A DNA stretch of 10,954 nt from Octopus sinensis (GCF_006345805.1 NW_021827162.1:1-10954); one strand, 5' to 3'. Shown: positions 1-7,054, numbered from the stretch's first letter. The notes: generated by a model from the letters alone, not told the origin. Made by a program: numbers and translations.

Positions 1-365
1 TATTGTAGGATAAAACTTTTTTCGAAAAAAAAATTTATCAATGGCCAGCATATTAAAAAATACCTTTAAAGGCTAAAATTATAAACAACTTATAAATAAG
101 GGCAAACGAAAAAAATTTCTAATGCCAAATATGCCGCAAATTGGACATATTGTCCATTACCATATCATTTATCACATTACGCACGCTACTCGAAAAAAGC
201 CGGCAGAAATTTCTAAATTTTTAGAAATTTTTTCGAAAAATTCTGTCGGCTTTTTTCGAGTAGTGTGCGTATTATGATAAATTATATGGTAATGGACAAC
301 ATGTCCAATTTTTAACATATTTGGCATTATAAATTTTTTTCCGTTTGCCCTTTTTTATAAGTTGT
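1..365. mobile_element. AT-rich palindromic (foldback/MITE-like) element; inverted arms 85-~210 and ~240-365 plus an unpaired ~85-bp left extension
   Basis: The left arm ACAACTTATAAATAAGGGCAAACG...CTCGAAAAAAGCCGGCAGAA matches the reverse complement of TTCTGTCGGCTTTTTTCGAG...CGTTTGCCCTTTTTTATAAGTTGT with few mismatches. The right end abuts (TA)n. A homologous copy lies at 5523-5781. The MITE label is inference. Confidence 0.8.
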
Positions 366-388
366 ATATATATATATATATATATAAA

Positions 389-606
389 ATATTAATTAGA
401 GACAAAACCACTATTTTGTAAAACAAACAAGGAAGACTTAATCAAACTATATAAAATTTTAATAAAAAGTAAAAAATAAAAAATAAAAAATAAAATAATT
501 TTTTTACTTTTTTATTTTTTATTTTTTACTTTTTTAAAATTTTATGTATTGATTAAGTCTTTCCTTGTTTTGTTTTACAAATAGTGGTTTTGTCTCTAAT
601 TAATAT
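389..606. repeat. Second, unrelated long palindrome embedded in a TA tract
   Basis: ATATTAATTAGAGACAAAACCACTATTTTGTAAAACAAACAAGGAAGACTTAATCAA pairs with TTGATTAAGTCTTTCCTTGTTTTGTTTTACAAATAGTGGTTTTGTCTCTAATTAATAT. The centre is A-rich then T-rich (AAAAAAT/TTTTTTA units). Confidence 0.85.
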
Positions 607-682
607 ATATAATATTTACTATAAATTGGATTTAATCCTAAATCTGATTTTTTTCCTGTAAATTTGGATTTATTCCTAAATT

Positions 683-717
<35 letters not shown>
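607..717. repeat. Short AT-rich element with two related quasi-palindromic motifs, followed by (TA)n
   Basis: AAATTGGATTTAATCCTAAAT (~623-643) and AAATTTGGATTTATTCCTAAATTT (~661-683); (TA)n at ~686-717. Confidence 0.5.
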
Positions 718-720
<3 letters not shown>

Positions 721-735
721 TGATTTGGATTCTGT

Positions 736-780
736 GCTTCTTAAGGTTTCGAAACCCCTTACAGGATTTTATTGTCAGGC
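736..780 (-). ncRNA. Degenerate Penelope-type hammerhead-like remnant
   Basis: The minus strand reads CUGACAA-U-A-AAAUCCU-GUAA-GGGGUUU-C-GAAAC-CUUAAG: a near-CUGANGA box, a 7-bp stem II with a GNRA loop, then GAAA. G8, the stem II closing pair and the NUH site deviate from consensus. Confidence 0.35.
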
Positions 781-896
781 CATTGGTGATTCAAATAAAA
801 ATGTCGGTGCAGGTTGTCTATGATAGCTACCAAGAGATGGGTTACAATTGCTTAAGGATGGTGACGTGATGTCACTGTATTAGTATTAATATATAT

Positions 897-1174
897 GGAG
901 GCGCAATGGCCCACTGGTTAGGGCAGCGGACTTGTGGTCGTAGGATCGCGGTTTCGATTCCCAGACCGGGCGTTGTGAGTGTTTATTGAGCGAAAACACC
1001 TAAAAGCTTCACGAGGATCCAGCAGGGGATGGTGGTGATCCCTGCTGTACTCTTTCGCCACAACTTTCTCTCAATCTTTCTTCTGTTGGCCTGCTCGCTT
1101 AGCCAGCGGGGTGTCGTCATTTGAAGGCTAAAACAATGCGAAGCGCATTGTGGCCAGCGATTGTAGCAACGGTG
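897..1174 (+). mobile_element. tRNA-derived SINE (resembles octopus OR-type, tRNA-Arg-like SINEs)
   Basis: tRNA-like head GGAGGCGCAATGGCCCACTGGTTAGGGCAGCGG, with A-box-like TGGCCCACTGG (907-917) and B-box-like GGTTTCGATTCC (950-961), followed by a non-tRNA body and flanked by TA tracts. The family name is from memory. Confidence 0.8.
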
Positions 1175-1251
1175 AATAATATATAGATATATATTACACA
1201 TCACACACACACACATATATATATATATATAATATATATATATAATATATA

Positions 1252-1282
<31 letters not shown>

Positions 1283-1290
1283 GTGTGTGT
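1175..1290. repeat. Compound (TA)n/(CA)n/(TG)n microsatellite
   Basis: Directly visible. Confidence 0.95.
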
Positions 1291-1325
1291 ATCTGTATGG
1301 TCATGGATAGCCTCTTTCAGTTTCT

Positions 1326-1742
1326 TATTTCTTACTACCCACACGGGGCTAAACATAGAGGGGACGAACAATACATATATATATATACATATATACATAT
1401 ACACATACACTTATATACATATATATTATATATACATATATACATACATATATACATTATATATATATACATTATATACATTATATACATGCATATATAC
1501 ATACATATATACATGCATATATACATTATATATATATATATACATATATACATTATATATATGCATATATACATTACAAAGGGGTTAAGTCAATTATATG
1601 AACCCCAGTGCTTAACTGGTATTTAATTTATCAACCCCGAGAAGATGAAAGGCGAAGTCGACCTCGGCGGAATTTGAACTCAGAACGTAATGGCAGATGA
1701 AATACCGCTAAGCATTTCGCCCGGCGTGCTAACGTTTCTGCC
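1326..1742 (-). mobile_element. tRNA-derived SINE (family B, Meta-domain-like middle) split by a microsatellite, with a 16-bp flanking direct repeat
   Basis: Minus-strand head GGCAGAAACGTTAGCACGCCGGGCG with B-box GAGTTCAAATTCC (1669-1681) and middle GAGGTCGACTTCGCCTTTCATCTTCTCGGGGTTGATAAATTAAATACCAG. The 3' piece is at 1326-1371. GCCTCTTTCAGTTTCT occurs at 1310-1325 and 1740-1755. The Meta-domain label is from memory. Confidence 0.82.
1372..1575. repeat. Complex TA/TACA/TACAT/TGCA microsatellite inside SINE B
   Basis: Recurrent ATATATACATT and ATATATACATGC units. Confidence 0.95.
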
Positions 1743-1784
1743 TCTTTCAGTTTCTCTCTGCTCAGTGCTATAGCAGAAGACATT

Positions 1785-2329
1785 GTGAGTGGATTTGGTG
1801 GATGAAAACTGAAAGAAGCAGGTTTTATCATCATCATATCATCATCATCATCATCATTTAACGTCCGTTTTCCATGCTTGCATGGGTTGGACGGTTCAAC
1901 TGTGGTCTGGGAAGCCAGAAGGCTGCACCAGTCCCAGTCTGATCTGGCAGTGTTTCTACGGCTGGATGCCCTTCCTAACGCCAACCACTCCGTGAGTGTA
2001 GTGGGTGCTTTTTACGTGCCAGACGAGGCTGGCAAAACAGCCATGATCGGATGGTGCTTTTTATGTGCCACCGGCACGGAGGCACGTATGTCCTGTCGTA
2101 TATATATATATATATATGCGCTTGTGTGTCTGTGTTTGTCCCCCTAGCATTGCTTGACAACCGATGCTGGTGTGTTTACGTCCCTGTCACTTAGCGGTTC
2201 GGCAAAAGAGACCGATAGAATAAGTACTGGGCTTACAAAAGAATAAGTCCTGGGGTCGAGTTGCTCGATTAAAGGCGATGCTCCAGCATGGCCGCAGTCA
2301 AATGACTGAAACAATTGAAAGAGTAAAGA
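1785..2329 (+). mobile_element. 5'-truncated family A SINE interrupted by a family C element (pieces 1785-1819 and 2092-2329)
   Basis: TTGTGAGTGGATTTGG...ACTGAAAGAAGC (to 1819) and CCTGTCGTA-(TA)n-TGTGTCTGTGTTTGTCCCCC...GACTGAAACAA (from 2092) are contiguous in the intact copy at 4181-4628. Confidence 0.8.
1826..2090 (-). mobile_element. Family C dispersed element ((CAT)n end, GGATGCCCTTCCTAACGCCAACCAC motif), copy 1
   Basis: Homologous to 5799-6012, 6267-6418, 6522-6770 and the reverse complement of 7207-7450. The strand is inferred by treating (ATG)n as a retroposon 3' tail. Confidence 0.75.
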
Positions 2330-2514
2330 ATATATATATATTGTTGTAAACTTTCCCTTTATATATATATATATATATATATATACATACGTATGTGTGT
2401 GTAGTTATTTAGGTATTGGGCATATACCTAGTAGTTAGCGGTGAAAAATGTTGACCGCCTATGGCTACCTGATGCCATCCATGGTATTTTTACAGTTGTT
2501 GCTGGACCTATATA

Positions 2515-2909
2515 TTCTCTTTTACTTGTTTCAGTCATTTGCCTGCAGCCATGCTGGAGCACCGCCATCAGTCGAGCAAATCGACCCCGTGACTTATTGT
2601 TTGTAAGCCCAGTACTTATTCTATCGGTCTCTTTTGCCGAACCGCTAAGTGACGGGGACATAAGCACACCAGCATCGGTTGTCAAGCAATGCTAGGGGGA
2701 CAAACACAGACACACAAACATACATATATATATATATATACATATATGATGGGCTTCTTTCAGTTTCCGTCTACCAAATCCTCTCGCAAGGCTTTGGTCG
2801 GCCTGAGGCTATAGCAGAAGACACTTGCTCAAGATGTCACGCAGTGGGACTGAACCCGGAACCATGCGGTTGGTTAGCAAGCTACTTACCACACAGCCAC
2901 TCCTGCGCC
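2515..2909 (-). mobile_element. Full-length family A tRNA/CORE-like SINE
   Basis: Reverse complement of the 4181-4628 type: head GGCGCAGGAGTGGCTGTGTGG, B-box-like GGTTCAGTCCC, internal TA tract, 3' tail AAGTAAAAGAG. Possible weak TSD CCTATAT (2507-2513 / 2908-2914). Confidence 0.9.
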
Positions 2910-3026
2910 TATATCAGGAATTCCTCAGTATTTGTCGAGTTTATAAGAAATGATGGAAATTGAAAATAGAATATATGACAGACTGATATAAAGTTCCTTG
3001 TATGTGCCATTTTCCATCTCTGTCAT

Positions 3027-3340
3027 CAGTGCCACTGTGTGACACCTTGGGCAAGTATCTTCTGTTGTAGCCTTGGACCAACCAAAGCCTTGTGAGTCGA
3101 TTTGGTAAACTGAATGAAGCCTGTCATATATCTGTGTGTGCGTGCCTGTTTGTCTCCCCCCACCCTTGCTTGACAACCGATGTTGGTGTGTTTATGTCCC
3201 TGTAACCTTGTGGTTCAACGAAAGAGACCAATAGAATATGTACTAGGGTTGATTTCTTGGGCTAGAAATGAAAACTTTGAGGTGGTGCTCCAGCGTGGCC
3301 ACAGTCAAAAGACTGAAACAAGTAGTAAGAGAATAAAAGA
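3027..3340 (+). mobile_element. Diverged, 5'-truncated family A SINE
   Basis: CORE-like GACACCTTGGGCAAGT, then GCCTTGTGAGT, TTGCTTGACAACCGATG and GGTGCTCCAGCGTGGCCACAGTC; followed by (CA)n at 3341-3358. Confidence 0.8.
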
Positions 3341-3369
3341 ACACACACACACACACACAAACACATGGT

Positions 3370-3936
3370 GATATTGTTGTTCCTACATGTGTTTCACCAT
3401 TATGGCTGTTTAGGTCCATGTGTTAAGAACCCCTATACAAATGCACCCGGAACCCCTATTGCACATAGACGTCTGTGACTTAATGCCATAAAGTGTCCCC
3501 TGATAATCCGTCATGGCTGAGAGTCTCAAATACACTTGGAGAAAACCTATTCCTTGGTTCCAAACTTACTTGTACTTGTGGCGACATTCACCCTGGGCGG
3601 GTTGAGTTGGCTTCTTCTATTGGAAGAAGTTTCGTGGGAATATGTGGATTTCACAAGCAGTTCCCAACAACCCTGCATGTTGGGACATCCTGTTTGCCGC
3701 AGATTGTCCGCAGACGCAGGGACAGAATGACCGAGGAGCCGCCGGTTGCCGAAACAGACACTCCGAGGATTTTCACCAGAGCTCTGTCTGCCGGGTTGTG
3801 GCCCTAATCCCACTCAGTGTCGGACCAATCCACCTTGAGTGGCCCTACCAGGAACTGAAGTTCCCGGTGGCATAGTTCTGACACTACCCGTTGCCAACGT
3901 CCCCACCACGGTGAGGAGGGGACGGACTTTGGGGAC
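3370..3936 (-). mobile_element. 5' end (UTR plus possible decayed ORF start) of an RTE-clade LINE
   Basis: A GC-richer island in AT-rich DNA. The minus strand has CCTCCTCACCGTGGTGGGG...GAACTATGCC...CCTGGTAGGGCCACTCAAGG...GGTCC...CAGACAGAGC, with the same motifs in the same order as 5' ends I recall from Expander/Rex3 and BovB (CCACCTTATCGTGGTGG; CCTGGTAGGG; AGGGCCACCCAAG). No RT sequence is present. The lower boundary is uncertain. Confidence 0.6.
3786..3936 (-). ncRNA. Candidate HDV-like ribozyme fold
   Basis: P1 GUCCCCA (3936-3930)/UGGGGAC (3905-3899); P2 GUCCGUC (3927-3921)/GGCAGAC (3792-3786), 6 of 7 pairs; L3-like UCCUCACCGU; P4 closed by UGGC/GCCA. P3 is imperfect and J4/2 is longer than canonical. 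Confidence 0.35.
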
Positions 3937-4180
3937 ACAAACAACCACAATGAAGAAACTCACATAGGAACTATAATAAAAACTTGTGTTTATCCTTATT
4001 TCTCTTCCATTTGCTCTGTAGCTCTTAACTGGTGATACTTCTCTGTGTAGAAGTTAATTAACTACTATACAGACAAAACACTGGATGAGGATAATCTACA
4101 TTGAGCTCTAAACATAACAGTAGTAGTCTTACATCTATTTGTTCACACGATTTCTACTTTACATACATAAATGCATATAA

Positions 4181-4364
4181 GCGCAGGAGTGGCTGTGTGG
4201 TAAGTAGCTTGTTTACCAACCACATGGTTCCGGGTTCAGTCCCACTGTGTGGCACCTTAGGCAAGTGTCTTCTACTATAGACTCAGGCCGACCAAAGCCT
4301 TGTGAGTGGATTTGATAGACGGAAACTGAAAGAAGCCTGTCGTATATATGTTATATATGTATAT

Positions 4365-4409
<45 letters not shown>

Positions 4410-4628
4410 TGTGTTTGTGTCTGTGTTTGTCCCCCTAGAATTGCTTGACAACCGATGCTGGTGTGTTTTTACGTCCCGCGTAACTTAGCGGTTTGGCAAA
4501 AAAGAGACTGATAGAATAAGTATCTCTGGGCTTACAAAGAATAGGTCCTGGGGTCGATGTGATCGACTAAAGGCGGTGCTCCAGCATGGCCACAGTCACA
4601 TAACTGAAACAAGTAAAAGAGTAAAGAG
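4181..4628 (+). mobile_element. Full-length family A tRNA/CORE-like SINE with probable TSD
   Basis: A-box-like TGGCTGTGTGG (4190-4200), B-box-like GGTTCAGTCCC (4233-4243), CORE-like GGCACCTTAGGCAAGT, internal TA tract ~4344-4410, 3' tail. Flanking repeat ATA(A/C)ATGCATATA at 4167-4179 and 4630-4642 (12/13 identical). Confidence 0.92.
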
Positions 4629-4794
4629 TATACATGCATATATGGGTACAGGACATCAAGAAAACATGAACAAATGAGAAACCAGATTCTTGCTAAATCC
4701 ATTTCCAGTTTCCCTCATTCACTATGAGCTCAGTGAACTCTGCGGAGTTCCTGATGTAGATCCAGTGACAATTCTATTGTGACTTTATTTTAAT

Positions 4795-5189
4795 ACTAGC
4801 AGTATCGCCCGGCGTTGCTCAGGTTTGTTTCGACCCTTTAGAATTGGAATTTTTGAAAATTAAAAATTTTGCATTATGTAGCTTCTTATTCTCTTTAAGT
4901 GAACATTTTTCTGGTTGAAATACACTGAAAAATGGCGACACAGCAGTAAAAAAATTGTAAAAAATAGGGATTTTCATAAAAAAAAAGTACCTTTTTGATG
5001 TAAATAATTTTTGGTGTTAACATGGTCCGATTTGAATTTTTCCTTCTACGGAAGGAAGAGCAAGCCATCTTCTATCATACTCTCAATTTTGGTCAACATT
5101 TGCCGCAGGGTCTCGGAGGAGATAAGTGTTAGTTGAAGGCTACCAAACCTGCCACACACATACAACTTCAGCTTTATATATATAGAGAT
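4795..5189 (+). mobile_element. Non-autonomous Helitron/Helentron-like element (Lep1/DINE-1 style ends)
   Basis: Starts T|ACTAGCAGTATCGCCCGGCGTTGCTCAGG (a degraded CCCG..CGGG hairpin), has a short CA repeat near the end and ends CTTTATATATATAGAGAT|T, with no TSD. Classification is from recalled terminal patterns. Confidence 0.55.
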
Positions 5190-5287
5190 TGACAATTATA
5201 TTGTGATATGAGATAGCCCAAGCAGTGAAAGTGCTTTAATAGGTACACTACTAACCATATACCCAAGGTCAAGGTCCAAATAATTAC

Positions 5288-5288
<1 letters not shown>

Positions 5289-5318
<30 letters not shown>
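5289..5318. repeat. (CA)n microsatellite
   Basis: Directly visible. Confidence 0.95.
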
Positions 5319-5322
<4 letters not shown>

Positions 5323-5522
5323 TGCACGAGTGAGATCAGACTCTAGAAAGGTCGGTGTTGGTCTGCATTGGTATGTCTTATTTTATGTTTTAAAATTGGC
5401 GAAGTCTGCAATGAATATCCCTGAGATGGATTTCTTTACTCTTCATGACAAGTTCTTGGTACCGTTTTTACTGATTTTACTAGTGTTTATATATACATAT
5501 ATATATATATATATAATTTATA

Positions 5523-5781
5523 ATTTATAAAAATTTATAAAAATTTCTAATGGCAAATATGCCGAAAAATTGGACATATTGTCCAGTAACCATATAAGCG
5601 TGCATATTGTGAAAAAATTATATGGTTAATGGACAATATGTCCAATTTTTCAGCATATTTGGCATTAGAAATTTTTTTGTTCATCCTTATTTATAAATTA
5701 TATAAATTTAAACTTTAAAGGAATTTTTTAATATGCTGGCCATTGATAAAAATTTTTTTCGAAAAAAATTTTATCCTACAT
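5523..5781. mobile_element. Second, inverted and internally deleted copy of the 1-365 palindromic element
   Basis: Arms 5539-5597 and 5617-5675. The reverse complement of 5671-5781 (ATGTAGGATAAAATTTTTTTCGAAAAAAATTTTTATCAATGGCCAGCATATTAAAAAATTCCTTTAAAG...) aligns to 3-120. Confidence 0.85.
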
Positions 5782-5798
5782 TATATATATATATATAT

Positions 5799-6012
5799 TA
5801 TCATCATCATCGTTTAACATCCGCTTTCCATGCTAGCATGGGTTGGACGGTTCGACTGGGTTCTCGGAAGCCAGGAGGCTGCGCCAGGCTCCAGTCTGAT
5901 CTAGCAGTATTTCTACAGCTGGATTCCCTTCCTAATGCCAACCACTCCATGAGTGTAGTAGGTGCTTTTTATGTGCCAGGAGAGGCTGGCAACGGCCACG
6001 ATCGGTTGGAGT
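5799..6012 (-). mobile_element. Family C element, copy 2
   Basis: (CAT)n-CGTTTAACATCCGCTTTCCATGC...GGATTCCCTTCCTAATGCCAACCACTCC. Confidence 0.75.
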
Positions 6013-6029
6013 TTTTTTTGGGTTTAGGG

Positions 6030-6069
<40 letters not shown>

Positions 6070-6094
6070 CAACATGTGAAACCGTGAATTCAGA

Positions 6095-6250
6095 CACATC
6101 TTATTCTCTCTGTTTTCTCTCCTTATTCCCTTCCGCTGAAGAGCATAGGCTCAAAGTGTCAAAGACCTTTCCATTTTTTTCCTGAGTGCCAAACTGATAT
6201 ACCTTGTTTGTTGTTCCCCCACCAATCTATCTTTTGTTTTGTACATTTGA
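6095..6250 (+). mobile_element. Diverged solo copy of the 7693-8538 array unit
   Basis: CTGAAGAGCATAGGCTCAAAGTGTCAAAGAC...TTCCTGAGTGCCAAACTGATATACC matches the array's GTAGA(A/C)GAGCGTAGGCTCGAAACGTAAAAGAC...TTCCTGAGCGTTATACTAATACATC. Confidence 0.7.
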
Positions 6251-6266
6251 ACCACATATATATATA

Positions 6267-6418
6267 TCATCATCATCATCGTTTAACGTCCACTTTCCAT
6301 GCTGGCATGGGTTTGACTGAGGACTGGTGAGCCAGATGGCTGCACCAGGCTCCAATCTGAGCTGGCAGATTTCTACAGCTAGATGCCCTTCCTAATGCCA
6401 ACCACTCCAAGAGTGTAG
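6267..6418 (-). mobile_element. Family C element, copy 3 (truncated)
   Basis: (CAT)n-GTTTAACGTCCACTTTCCATGC...GATGCCCTTCCTAATGCCAACCACTCC. Confidence 0.75.
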
Positions 6419-6424
6419 AACCAT

Positions 6425-6520
6425 TGTTTTTTTCTCGTTCTCACTTCATTTTATTTCCTCTCAATCCTTTCTGACAAAGAGCATAGGCTCAAAATATTAA
6501 AAATTTTTCTATTATCCCTG
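6425..6520 (+). mobile_element. Second diverged fragment of the array unit
   Basis: CCTTTCTGACAAAGAGCATAGGCTCAAAATATTAAAAATTTTTCTATTATCCCTGA. Confidence 0.6.
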
Positions 6521-6521
6521 A

Positions 6522-6770
6522 ATCATCATCATCATCATCATTTAATGTCCTTTGTCCATACTGGCATGGGTTGAAACAGTTTGACCAGGGCTGGTAAACT
6601 GGAAAGCTTCACCACACTCCGGTTTGATTTGGCATGGTTTTTACAGCTGGATGCCCTTCCTAATGCCAACCACTCCGAGAGTGTAATTGGTGGTTTTACG
6701 TGCCACCGGCACAGCTGCCATTTGTGTGACACCAGTATCTGCCACGACTGCGATTTTACTTGGCCTAATG
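6522..6770 (-). mobile_element. Family C element, copy 4 (more diverged)
   Basis: (CAT)n-TTAATGTCC...GCTGGATGCCCTTCCTAATGCCAACCACTCCGAGAGTGTA...GGTTTTACGTGCCACCGGCAC. The right end is approximate. Confidence 0.7.
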
Positions 6771-6876
6771 TAAACAGAAATGGAATGGCGAAACTATTTT
6801 TTTGTTTTCTGAAAAAGCAACGTTTTGGACTTATGATGTTCAAATGATACCATCCCACTGATCAGGAGGTTACTCT

Positions 6877-7036
6877 GTAGGAGTGGCTGTGTGGTAAGTA
6901 GCTTGCTTACCAACCACATGGCTCTGGGTTCAGTCCCACTGCGTGGCACCTTGGGCAGGTGTCTTCTACTATAGCCTCGGGCTGACCAAAGCCTTGTGAG
7001 TGGATTTGGTAGACGGAAATCGAAAGAAGCCCATCA
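6877..7036 (+). mobile_element. Family A SINE, 5' half only
   Basis: Head, B-box and CORE-like segment ending at GAAAGAAGCCCATCATATA. Confidence 0.88.
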
Positions 7037-7054
7037 TATATACATATATAAATA

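Noticed and set aside
897-975. tRNA-like sequence (also family A heads)
   Set aside because: Each is followed by a SINE body and has a degenerate anticodon arm, so these are SINE heads rather than tRNA genes.
1201-1626. Overlapping ORFs rich in I/Y/H/M/C
   Set aside because: These are translations of TA/CA microsatellite, which lacks stops in these frames. The same applies to the ORFs at 7821-8033, 8835-9113, 9517-9893 and 10614-10914.
1878-2147. Recurrent peptide LAVFLRLDALPNANHS in several ORFs (also 5733-6185, 6581-6847, 7088-7582)
   Set aside because: It reflects family C DNA copies. Frames and flanks are inconsistent and there is no recognisable domain.
3493-3875. Four overlapping ORFs in the GC-richer island, one with a hydrophobic stretch
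   Set aside because: They are short, on both strands and show no recognisable homology; better explained by an RTE 5' UTR.
4645-4790. Possible further repeat fragment GGGTACAGGACATCAAGAAAACATGAAC
   Set aside because: It looks familiar, but there is no second copy or diagnostic structure in the window to support a call.
5330-5530. 66-aa ORF with a hydrophobic C-terminus
   Set aside because: The C-terminus runs into a TA tract, and there is no splice or homology support.
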